NCBI GenBank assembly: GCA_034439575.1
Contig: JAWXAQ010000015.1
Span: forward strand, 128,001 to 192,000
Reading direction: 5' to 3'
Source: Leptospira sp.
Lineage (GTDB): Bacteria; Spirochaetota; Leptospiria; Leptospirales; Leptospiraceae
Length of the DNA stretch: 64,000 bases
Shown piece by piece: positions 41,245-49,686 of this stretch; within the stretch, counting starts at the first letter, position 1, and every line of letters starts with the position of its first letter. The translations under genes and the position numbers were made by a program. The notes under the pieces are model-generated. The model did not search any database. It was given only the letters and a program-made list of their open reading frames with translations, and was not told where the DNA came from.

Positions 41245-42275
41245 CTTAGATTTTCGCTAACAACAACTAACTTTGTACTAGGTGTCATCCATGCTTCTTT
41301 TGCATCTGAAAAATTTGCCACTTGGGTAACAATCGGGCCAGGATCGTATAACCCTGATTCAATTAAAGCTAACATCTTTTCCATATATTCTCTAGAATCA
41401 ACACGCGTGATATGGATATGTGCTCCACCATTGTACAATTCGAGATATGGTATTTCCCATCTGTTTGACCAAAAAATGGACGCTGAGGAAAATATCCCAT
41501 TGGGTTTCAAAGATCGTAGTCCCATATCCCAGCCTTCTTTGATCCCACAAGCCTCGCAAACCAAATCAAATTTTCCAAAATTTTTCGGGAAGGATTCTAA
41601 ATATTCTGAAGGGATGCCAAGTTTAGTGGCCATATCTATGCGATTTCGATCGGTATCCACATAACACACATCTCCCGAACCATAAACTTTCGCGAGTAAG
41701 GCGGTATACAATCCGATACTGGATGCAAAACCACCGATCACTAGAGTTTTTAAATTTTTATTTTTCTCTAAAAATTGCCCTGCTAATTTCCATGATTCGG
41801 CAATATTATCTGACAAACTCGCAACAGATACCGAATCTGTACTATCCTTTAAAGGCAATAACATCTGTTTGGCATAAGGCACTAAAACCTTTTCAGAAAG
41901 GGCTCCGCCAAATTTTTCACCACTAGGACCCATCCCAAAACTGGAAACAGGTGGTAGTGAATTGCAAGATTTAGAATCGGATTCTAAACAACTCGGGCAG
42001 ATACCACAAGATATCTGAAATGACACTGCATAACGATTGCCAACATTAATAGTCCCTTTCAAATCATCCGATACTTTTTCTACAAGTCCCACAAACTCAT
42101 GACCAATAGGAAATCCTGGCCGAAATAAGGTTTGCCCTGTAACGATAGGAATATCTAAATCACAACGAGCGACAGCCAAGGGCCGAATGATGACTTGGTT
42201 TTTTCCATTTATCTCTGGTTCTGCGACTTCTTCCCAATCGATAATCCCTTTCTTTATGTACCTCAATCGTTTCAT
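41241..42275 (-). CDS. Zinc-dependent alcohol dehydrogenase (MDR family)
   Basis: RCDLD, GHE and the structural Zn motif CGICPSC-x7-C. Confidence 0.88.
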   Translation of the reverse strand: MKRLRYIKKGIIDWEEVAEPEINGKNQVIIRPLAVARCDLDIPIVTGQTLFRPGFPIGHEFVGLVEKVSDDLKGTINVGNRYAVSFQISCGICPSCLESDSKSCNSLPPVSSFGMGPSGEKFGGALSEKVLVPYAKQMLLPLKDSTDSVSVASLSDNIAESWKLAGQFLEKNKNLKTLVIGGFASSIGLYTALLAKVYGSGDVCYVDTDRNRIDMATKLGIPSEYLESFPKNFGKFDLVCEACGIKEGWDMGLRSLKPNGIFSSASIFWSNRWEIPYLELYNGGAHIHITRVDSREYMEKMLALIESGLYDPGPIVTQVANFSDAKEAWMTPSTKLVVVSENLS

Positions 42276-42308
42276 AAAACCTCTTTCAAAAATGTTATAT
42301 GAGAAAAA

Positions 42309-42707
42309 TTAGAATGGATAGACTTGATTCAAATCTTTCACATTGATTGAATTAAAATCAGGCCAAGTGCCAAACCATACATAATGATAAGATGAAAATA
42401 AGCCAAACATCATTGTTGTAAGTAAAATAAAAATCATCGTCTTACGAAAACCTAAAAGGTTACCCATTTCGACAGTTATTTTTAAAATAAATTTTGTAAA
42501 TCTATCAATAATTGAGAATAAAAAAGCTACTAGCAATAAAACAACTAACATCCCTATCATTGTCACAATAATTTTATGATGAGAGGATTGAAAACTAATG
42601 ATTTTTGCATTGATGATCGTGATGATTAAATCCACAGTCAAAATACAAAGAATTCGGAAATATACATTTAGCAATTTATGTAAAAAACTTGGTTTTTGGT
42701 TAGCCAT
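42309..42707 (-). CDS. Hypothetical 3-TM membrane protein
   Basis: Three hydrophobic segments. Start placed at MANQK. Confidence 0.65.
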   Translation of the reverse strand: MANQKPSFLHKLLNVYFRILCILTVDLIITIINAKIISFQSSHHKIIVTMIGMLVVLLLVAFLFSIIDRFTKFILKITVEMGNLLGFRKTMIFILLTTMMFGLFSSYHYVWFGTWPDFNSINVKDLNQVYPF

Positions 42708-42804
42708 AGTCTGATTTCTAAATCTTATATATTTTCTTACAAGAAAAGATTTCAAATTTCGGTTGCCATAGATCAGACTATCATAGAAAAATTTATAATA
42801 CAAA

Positions 42805-43278
42805 ATGCATATTGAAAATAAAATACCGACTCATAACAATCTATATGCTATCATACAAAGCCGTAGAAAGTATTCAGAGCTTCCCGCACCGATTCGAGTT
42901 CCCATAGGTTCATTTGAAGTCAATTGGATTGGGCCGAATTGGTTTGTACGACTGGCGGTATTGGCTTTGGGTTTTGCGGGATTTAAAAATTGGTGGGGAA
43001 AGGAATTTATTTCTGATCACCAAGGGATGAATTTATTTATTCAAAATCACTCACCATCATTTTTAAAAAAATTTCCTATGGATATTTCGATTTCTAATTC
43101 AAACATAGATTCTTTCGAATGTATCAAAATTAAATACCCACCTAATGCTGGTTTTCCTTGGTATATAGTGATAGATGAATTTCGAGAACTGGATAAAGAT
43201 ACATTACTTGGCATGAGTTATGTAAAATTTTTTCCTGGTATGGCTTTACCCTTCTTACTTGTGAAAAATGGCTTTTGA
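42805..43278 (+). CDS. Hypothetical protein
   Basis: 157-aa ORF with WWGKEF and IVIDEFREL...LLGM segments that look conserved. Confidence 0.7.
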   Translation: MHIENKIPTHNNLYAIIQSRRKYSELPAPIRVPIGSFEVNWIGPNWFVRLAVLALGFAGFKNWWGKEFISDHQGMNLFIQNHSPSFLKKFPMDISISNSNIDSFECIKIKYPPNAGFPWYIVIDEFRELDKDTLLGMSYVKFFPGMALPFLLVKNGF

Positions 43279-43424
43279 AAGTTAAATAATCGCCATTCCA
43301 TTCGCTTAAATATGAAAAATATTTAATTTTTTATAATGATTCTAAATCTTATTTTGTTCATTTTTCGGAGTTTCCCGCATCATTTTGTTGGATTCTCGAT
43401 TCCTAATTCTTAGGATTGGTCAAA

Positions 43425-45389
43425 ATGGATAGAATTTACGAACATTTCAAAGAGAAATTGCTATTCATTCTGGTTTTTGTCGGAATATCGCAGTTCCATT
43501 TTTTGACAGCAGGTCCGTTTCAAGTTAACCCCTATATAAAAAACCAAGTCCCTTCTGAATGGAAATTCACGATCGAAGGCGAAAACTCACAAAAATCAGT
43601 GATCGTTGGTAAAAGTTTAGTGGATCAAGGGTACCAACCGCCCTTGTCAGGTACATATCGTTTTGAATTTTTTTATCCCGATATAAAAGTTTTTCCAGCC
43701 CAAGGTATATACTTAAATCGCATTCAAGAAGCCGATAAAATTTATTTGAACGGAGTGTTAGTTGGCGAAACAGGAAATTTTGAACCTTATGGCAAATATT
43801 CACCTAACTGGTACTACAAAAGATTGTATTACCTTCCCGATTCACTTTTAGTTCGCGGTGGAAATAATGTTATTGAAATAAAAATTTATTATCAAAACCA
43901 AACTTTCCCAGGCGGTATTTTTAGAAGTATTCCCGAAATAGGAAATTTTGAACTGCTCCAAGGGAATATTTTACGGGAAGATGGTAGAGATTTTTGTATC
44001 CTTATGTTGTTTTTTGGTATAGGTGCTTACCAGATTTTTTCTATTTTACTTAGAAAACAGCCTATTGCTAACTTTTTTCTATTTTGCTCTAGCATCTGTT
44101 TTGTTATGTGGCGTATTCCCTTATTAAATGTCACTCATCTTTATTCTGGATTAGAATTTCAAAGTTTGCTAAAAATATTTTTTATATTCCAAACTTTATT
44201 TCCCGTCGCTTTACTCCTATTTAGTTATGCATTATTTAAAGATCCGCTTAGATTAAAAGAATTTATATTACTTCTACTGATTTCAGTTATAGCGGTGATA
44301 CACCTTTTTAATATAGAAGGAAGTACGAGAATTTTACTCTTAAGAATCTGGGAAGCAGCTCTATTATTTGTGGTCAGTTTTGTTTTGATCGGAGTTTATA
44401 GAGCCTCAAAAGTTTTTAAACAAGAAGCGATTATGTTGGGAAGTGGATTTTTAGTTCTCTGTTTGGCGGGCATAACTGATATTATTATCGATGTCACGAC
44501 GGGGAAAAATATTTATCTGACTCAGTATGGATTTTTAATTTTAATGATATTATCAGCTGTAACCATTTCATTTCGGAATGCCAAAAACGAAAAAGAATTA
44601 TCTCTACTGACAAAGGATCTTGAAGCGAGAGTTCATATTCGTACTGAAGAATTAAAACAAAAAAATCACAACCTCCAACAAGATTTATTTTTTGCCTCAC
44701 AACTCCAAGGTCATTTACTTCCAAAGGAATCACCTTCAATTTCTGGACTTCGGTTACACCCAACGTATTTGCCTATGGAACAAGTGGGTGGAGATTTTTA
44801 CGATTGGGTAGAATTGAACGATAAACAATTGTTATTCTTAATTGCTGATGTAGCTGGACATGGAGTACCTGCGGCTCTTGTTTCATCCATGGTTAAAGTC
44901 CAATTTCGAGAAATTACAAAGGATATCACACATCCAGCAGAAGTATTGGCCCGAATGAACGAGTCCTTAACTCAACTAGTTAGCAAATATTATATCACTG
45001 CCACTTGTGCATTATTTGATTTAGAAAAAAAAACCGTCACAATCAGTTCTGCAGGACATCCAAATCCATTGATTTATAATGTCTACCATCCGCATTTTCA
45101 TTTTTTAAACTTACGAGGATCTATTCTTGGATGGAGAGAATCTTTTTCCTACCAAAGTATAGAAGAAAAATTAAATTCAGGTGATCGCTACTTTTTTTAT
45201 ACTGATGGTGTAACGGAAGCTAGATCAGATGGAAAATTTTTTGGTGAAGCAAATTTAATCAGACTAATACAAAATTTTCGCCAAAAAGACATTCAAGTCT
45301 TGGCAGAAAATATACAAATAGAAATTTTGGATTATTCAGATTCGGAATTAAAAGATGATGTAACTTACGTTATCATTGAAATCATTTGA
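43425..45389 (+). CDS. SpoIIE/PP2C (RsbU-like) phosphatase with periplasmic beta-sandwich and 7TM sensor
   Basis: AD.IYLNGVLVG.TG sugar-binding-like domain, about 7 TMs, then VGGDFYD, ADVAGHG, YTDGVTEA and DDVT. Confidence 0.9.
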   Translation: MDRIYEHFKEKLLFILVFVGISQFHFLTAGPFQVNPYIKNQVPSEWKFTIEGENSQKSVIVGKSLVDQGYQPPLSGTYRFEFFYPDIKVFPAQGIYLNRIQEADKIYLNGVLVGETGNFEPYGKYSPNWYYKRLYYLPDSLLVRGGNNVIEIKIYYQNQTFPGGIFRSIPEIGNFELLQGNILREDGRDFCILMLFFGIGAYQIFSILLRKQPIANFFLFCSSICFVMWRIPLLNVTHLYSGLEFQSLLKIFFIFQTLFPVALLLFSYALFKDPLRLKEFILLLLISVIAVIHLFNIEGSTRILLLRIWEAALLFVVSFVLIGVYRASKVFKQEAIMLGSGFLVLCLAGITDIIIDVTTGKNIYLTQYGFLILMILSAVTISFRNAKNEKELSLLTKDLEARVHIRTEELKQKNHNLQQDLFFASQLQGHLLPKESPSISGLRLHPTYLPMEQVGGDFYDWVELNDKQLLFLIADVAGHGVPAALVSSMVKVQFREITKDITHPAEVLARMNESLTQLVSKYYITATCALFDLEKKTVTISSAGHPNPLIYNVYHPHFHFLNLRGSILGWRESFSYQSIEEKLNSGDRYFFYTDGVTEARSDGKFFGEANLIRLIQNFRQKDIQVLAENIQIEILDYSDSELKDDVTYVIIEII

Positions 45390-46158
45390 GTAATGAATTC
45401 TTTTTTTCATCTATAGATTCAATCATTCGATCTTTTAGCATTACTCCTGTTAATTTTTTTGAAACAGCTTCTTCTAATAAGTACATAAGTTTCGCTTTTG
45501 CACGTACAAAATCCAATCCATCAGGTCGAATGTTAGATATACAATTTCGACTCTCATCTGTTGTTCCGATTTTTGCATTATAAGTTATATATGCACCTAT
45601 GCTATCCGCAGAACTGAGCCCTGGTCTTTCACCGATCAAAACAAGAACCATTTTAGTGTTAAAAATTTCTGATACAGCATCGCCAATGGCTACCCTTCCA
45701 TTTTCAATGCATACAAGAGGAGCTAAATTAGGGAATAGTTTTTGAATGGATGACTGTATCTCAGCCAACAATGGTACAATATTCAAATTTATCGCATTTG
45801 GTGAGAGTCCATCCACTAAACAAATGCTTAAATCAAATGCTATTGTTTTGTCTTTAATTAGTTTTAATTTTTCAATGGACTTCTCATCGAGTAATCTTCC
45901 TAAATCGGGCCTTAGTAAATATTCTTCCCTTGACTTTGCCTTAGTATGCAACAAAGAAACGGAACCCCAATATTTTAATTCATCGGATATCTTATCCCAA
46001 TCACATTTTCCCCAAACGGCATCCTTTGCTTTTGCATGATCGAACCTAAATTGTAACATATCCTTGGTTCCAATAGATCCACCTGATCTCTGTAAACCGA
46101 TTCTTGCAGATGTAAATTTTTTAAATTGTTCCCATTGTTTTGGTTCTTTATTTTCCAT
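45382..46158 (-). CDS. eutC: Ethanolamine ammonia-lyase light chain
   Basis: T.ARIGL.RSG, HAKAKDAV, YLLRPDLGR, LIGERPGLS and RNCISNI motifs. Confidence 0.95.
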   Translation of the reverse strand: MENKEPKQWEQFKKFTSARIGLQRSGGSIGTKDMLQFRFDHAKAKDAVWGKCDWDKISDELKYWGSVSLLHTKAKSREEYLLRPDLGRLLDEKSIEKLKLIKDKTIAFDLSICLVDGLSPNAINLNIVPLLAEIQSSIQKLFPNLAPLVCIENGRVAIGDAVSEIFNTKMVLVLIGERPGLSSADSIGAYITYNAKIGTTDESRNCISNIRPDGLDFVRAKAKLMYLLEEAVSKKLTGVMLKDRMIESIDEKKNSLLK

Positions 46159-47539
46159 TCCACAACTCCGTATAACCAATTAATAGTGGACTACGATTTT
46201 CGGAAGTGATAGGAAGCAATTTTTGATTGAAAATACCCATATTTTGTAACCAAGTTTCAAATTCTGGTGATGGTCTTAATCCTAAACTTTGACGTAAATA
46301 TAGTGCGTCATGAAAAGATGTACTTTGGTAAGATAACATAATGTCATCAGAACCAGGAATACCCATAATAAAATTACATCCAGCTACACCTAACATAGTC
46401 AACAACACATCCATATCATCTGAATCAGCATCAGCGTGGTTCGTATAACAGATATCTACACCCATAGGCAATCCCAATACTTTACCGCAAAAATGATCTT
46501 CTAAACCTGCCCTTGTTATTTGTTTTCCATTAAATAAATATTCTGGTCCAATGAAACCGACGACTGTATTTACTAGTAAGGGAGAAAATTCACGGGCGAC
46601 GGCATATGCCCTAACTTCAAGCGTCTGTTGGTCTACTCCATGATGTGCATTGGCAGATAGGGCACTACCTTGTCCCGTTTCGAAGTACATTACATTATCT
46701 CCCTTAGTATATCTTTTTAAAGATAAGGCTTGTTCTCTGGCCTCTTTTAGGATAGATAGATTGATACCGAAACTTTCATTTAATTTTTGAGTCCCACCAA
46801 TTGATTGAAATACTAGATCCAAGGGAGCATTTTCTTTCATTAACTCCATCGAAGTCGTTACATGCGAAAGAACACAGGTTTGAGTTGGGATATCATATTT
46901 CCTTCGTATCGAATCCATCAATTCAAGTAACTTTCGGGAATTTTGAAGGTTGTCAGTGGCAGGATTAATACCAATCACGGCATCTCCCGCACCTAACATA
47001 AGACCATCGAGTATACTCGCCGCCACACCTGTTATTTCGTCTGTCGGATGATTTGGTTGTAACCGAACGGATAATCTTCCCTTTTCTCCAATGGTGTTAC
47101 GAAATGAAGTGACAACTCTACATTTACTTGCACCTAACACTAAATCTTGAATGGACATGATTTTGGAAACTGCCGCAACCATCTCTGGCGTTACAGCATA
47201 ACGAATGGAAGTCATATTTGATTCTTCCACATCCGCTGAAAGAATCCATTCACGAAATGAACCTACAGTTAAATGACTAATGATAGAAAATGCATTTGGA
47301 TCGAATTGTTGATTGATAAGTGCTGTCACTTCATCATCAGAACTTGGTATTAATTCTGAATTTAAAAAATCTTTAAGGGGCAAATCTGCTAAACAAAATT
47401 GTGCAGCTACTCTTTCTTCCTGATTCAAAGCTGATACACCAGCCAATACATCCCCCGAACGTAAGGGGCTTGCCTTCGCAAGTAAGGTTTTCAAATCCTT
47501 GAACTTATAGATTCTGTTTCCCAGTTTTGTTTGGTACAT
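46148..47539 (-). CDS. eutB: Ethanolamine ammonia-lyase heavy chain
   Basis: RSGDVLAG, RLQPNHPTD, YFETGQGS, VNTVVGFIGPEYL and GLEDHF motifs. Confidence 0.97.
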   Translation of the reverse strand: MYQTKLGNRIYKFKDLKTLLAKASPLRSGDVLAGVSALNQEERVAAQFCLADLPLKDFLNSELIPSSDDEVTALINQQFDPNAFSIISHLTVGSFREWILSADVEESNMTSIRYAVTPEMVAAVSKIMSIQDLVLGASKCRVVTSFRNTIGEKGRLSVRLQPNHPTDEITGVAASILDGLMLGAGDAVIGINPATDNLQNSRKLLELMDSIRRKYDIPTQTCVLSHVTTSMELMKENAPLDLVFQSIGGTQKLNESFGINLSILKEAREQALSLKRYTKGDNVMYFETGQGSALSANAHHGVDQQTLEVRAYAVAREFSPLLVNTVVGFIGPEYLFNGKQITRAGLEDHFCGKVLGLPMGVDICYTNHADADSDDMDVLLTMLGVAGCNFIMGIPGSDDIMLSYQSTSFHDALYLRQSLGLRPSPEFETWLQNMGIFNQKLLPITSENRSPLLIGYTELWNGK

Positions 47540-47675
47540 GAATGATAAGGGAAACAGTAATTTGAAAAAGAACAATAAAAAAAGACGATTATATATATAC
47601 TTTTATCAATGCTTAAATTTCGCATTCACAAGAAATGCTTTGAGTATTCTAGATTGAGTGAAATTTTGGATTATC

Positions 47676-48422
47676 ATGGCCGATGAAAAAATATATCAAA
47701 CATTAATCATTGAGGATGAATATCCAGCTAGAATGCTAATGATTGATTTTATACTCAATTGCCCTGAGTTAAAACTTGCAGGTATCGCAGAAGATGGAAA
47801 CAAAGCACTTGATCTATTGTCTGAAAAAGAATTTGATCTAGTTTTTGTGGATATCAATTTGCCTGTATTCTCTGGAATTGACATTATTAAAAAAGCAAAG
47901 AATGATAAAACTTTTTTCATTCTAACAACAGCTTATAGTGAGTATGCGGTGGAAGCTTTTAATTTAGATGCGATAGATTATCTATTAAAGCCCTTTTCAT
48001 TTGAGAGATTTCGCAAATCGGTCGAAAAAGCTATTAAATTTATAAAAGAATCAAACTCTTCCAAAACAATTCAAAATGCAAATAACTCTGGCCAATTAAA
48101 TTTTCAATCGGAATCAACTACTTATTTGCTACCATTTCAAGATATTCACTACATTTCATCACATAACAAAAGCAGTGTGATCCATACAGAAATTAAAGAC
48201 TATGAAACACCAAAACTTTTAAAAGAATTAGAAGAAAAACTTCCACCTACACTATTTATTCGGATACATAAAGGGTTTTTAGTTAACAAAGAGTGGATAT
48301 CTAGTTTAAAATATGATAAGGGAGGGGCGTATATATTACAGTTAAGAAATGAAGACGAAACAGTGTTACCTGTCGGAAGAGTTTATGCAAACTCATTAAA
48401 AGAAACATTAGGATTGAGATAA
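47676..48422 (+). CDS. LytTR/AlgR-family response regulator
   Basis: Receiver EDE...FVDINLP...TTAYSEYAVEAF..DYLLKPF, then LytTR FIRIHKGFLVN...LPVGR.Y. Confidence 0.95.
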   Translation: MADEKIYQTLIIEDEYPARMLMIDFILNCPELKLAGIAEDGNKALDLLSEKEFDLVFVDINLPVFSGIDIIKKAKNDKTFFILTTAYSEYAVEAFNLDAIDYLLKPFSFERFRKSVEKAIKFIKESNSSKTIQNANNSGQLNFQSESTTYLLPFQDIHYISSHNKSSVIHTEIKDYETPKLLKELEEKLPPTLFIRIHKGFLVNKEWISSLKYDKGGAYILQLRNEDETVLPVGRVYANSLKETLGLR

Positions 48423-48442
48423 TAAAACTGTTAATTCCCGCG

Positions 48443-48471
48443 TACGTAGCGTTTACTCCTTAATACATAGC
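48443..48471 (+). promoter_or_regulatory. Putative LytTR binding site (direct repeat, 21-bp period)
   Basis: TACGTAGC (48443-48450) and TACATAGC (48464-48471), with TTGACT at 48498-48503 downstream. Confidence 0.55.
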
Positions 48472-48549
48472 TAATCCAAGTTATTCGGAATTTACCCTTG
48501 ACTTCGAAGAAAGTTTAATAAGTTTCTGATTTAAGTCGGAGTATATTTA

Positions 48550-48933
48550 ATGCATAAAATTTACCTTTCCTTACTTCTCATTCTGTTTTCTGTTTCGTTC
48601 TCTAACTGTGCTTCTTCGACAGTAGGCATTGCATCGAGCAATAGACCTATACCCGGGACACCTTACGAAACTATAAAAACTGTAGATAAAATATTTACAT
48701 GGTATTCCGTAGATTTCATTATCATCAGCGGAACCACTTCGACTCCACCAACCGAAAAAATATATGGGGAAATGATGGAAGGCGAATCTGCTGATGCCAT
48801 TGTCAACATTCGATATTATAATGAAAAAGCCGTTTTTGGACCTTTGATTCGACACAGATTCGGTATCAAGGGCGACCTAGTTCGTTTTACACAAACTCCA
48901 GCAACCACAACAACCAAAGGCAAAAGCAGGTAA
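48550..48933 (+). CDS. Small lipoprotein (TRL/Bor-like)
   Basis: Lipobox FSNC; ADAIVNI...IKGDLV pattern; GGAG RBS. Confidence 0.75.
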   Translation: MHKIYLSLLLILFSVSFSNCASSTVGIASSNRPIPGTPYETIKTVDKIFTWYSVDFIIISGTTSTPPTEKIYGEMMEGESADAIVNIRYYNEKAVFGPLIRHRFGIKGDLVRFTQTPATTTTKGKSR

Positions 48934-48940
48934 ACGAGAG

Positions 48941-49339
48941 ATGTTTTTCTTCAAACACCTAACTTTGATATGGATTGGATTAATAACATTCAATTGTATC
49001 GGAATGAAGTTACGCAGTGAATTGCATCTATTTGATTCTGCGACAATTGTTCAATCAGACAACTACGTAGTATTAGGGAAAGGTGTCGGACAAGATTCGG
49101 CTTTTTTTCTTTTTGGGATGATCCCCGTTACAAAAGAGCCTAACGTAGAATTAGCGATGAGCCAAGCATTAGAAAAATTTCCTGATGGCCGGACATTGAT
49201 TAATATACAAATTGCCAGAGAAGATAGACCCTATTTTCCTCTCGGCCTTGTAACATCAGTTATTGTTTATGCCGATGTTGTAGGTGAACCAAAAATTCCT
49301 ATTGATGAGATACCAACACAAAAGGGATCCAAAAAATGA
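48941..49339 (+). CDS. Small lipoprotein (TRL/Bor-like), probable paralog of the previous gene
   Basis: Lipobox TFNC; FFLFGMIP...AMSQAL...LINI...VYADVV. Confidence 0.75.
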   Translation: MFFFKHLTLIWIGLITFNCIGMKLRSELHLFDSATIVQSDNYVVLGKGVGQDSAFFLFGMIPVTKEPNVELAMSQALEKFPDGRTLINIQIAREDRPYFPLGLVTSVIVYADVVGEPKIPIDEIPTQKGSKK

Positions 49340-49686
49340 TCGGAAAGTTTTTGAAAATATTTCTTTTGATTACAATGATTGTTTTTTCTTCTTCATGTGC
49401 CCAAGAAGAAGAAAGAGTTCCTGTTAGCGATGCTCAAAGTCAAATTTTAGCTTCTGCAAAATTTTCTGCAGATCGTTGCGGAACTCCTATACCAGAACCT
49501 CCTTTAATCATTGTTAGTGATCCCATAAAACGGAATTTAGACCTCTGTACTATTTCCATCACTCGTACCGGTTGCCCATTTACAGCTTATCCATTACCCT
49601 GTCTGTTAATTTACCTTCAAAAAGATCCAGGGAATATCCCATGGTATGTGAACTTCAATGAAATCAGCAAACAAACAATTAAGTAA
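49336..49686 (+). CDS. Small Cys-rich lipoprotein
   Basis: Lipobox SSSC plus four further Cys; ATGA overlap with the previous gene. Confidence 0.75.
   Translation: MIGKFLKIFLLITMIVFSSSCAQEEERVPVSDAQSQILASAKFSADRCGTPIPEPPLIIVSDPIKRNLDLCTISITRTGCPFTAYPLPCLLIYLQKDPGNIPWYVNFNEISKQTIK

Noticed and set aside
48423-48549. Cobalamin riboswitch or Fur box ahead of the TonB receptor operon
   Set aside because: The region is short and AT-rich with no B12-box-like elements, and I see no convincing GATAATGATAATCATTATC-like match.
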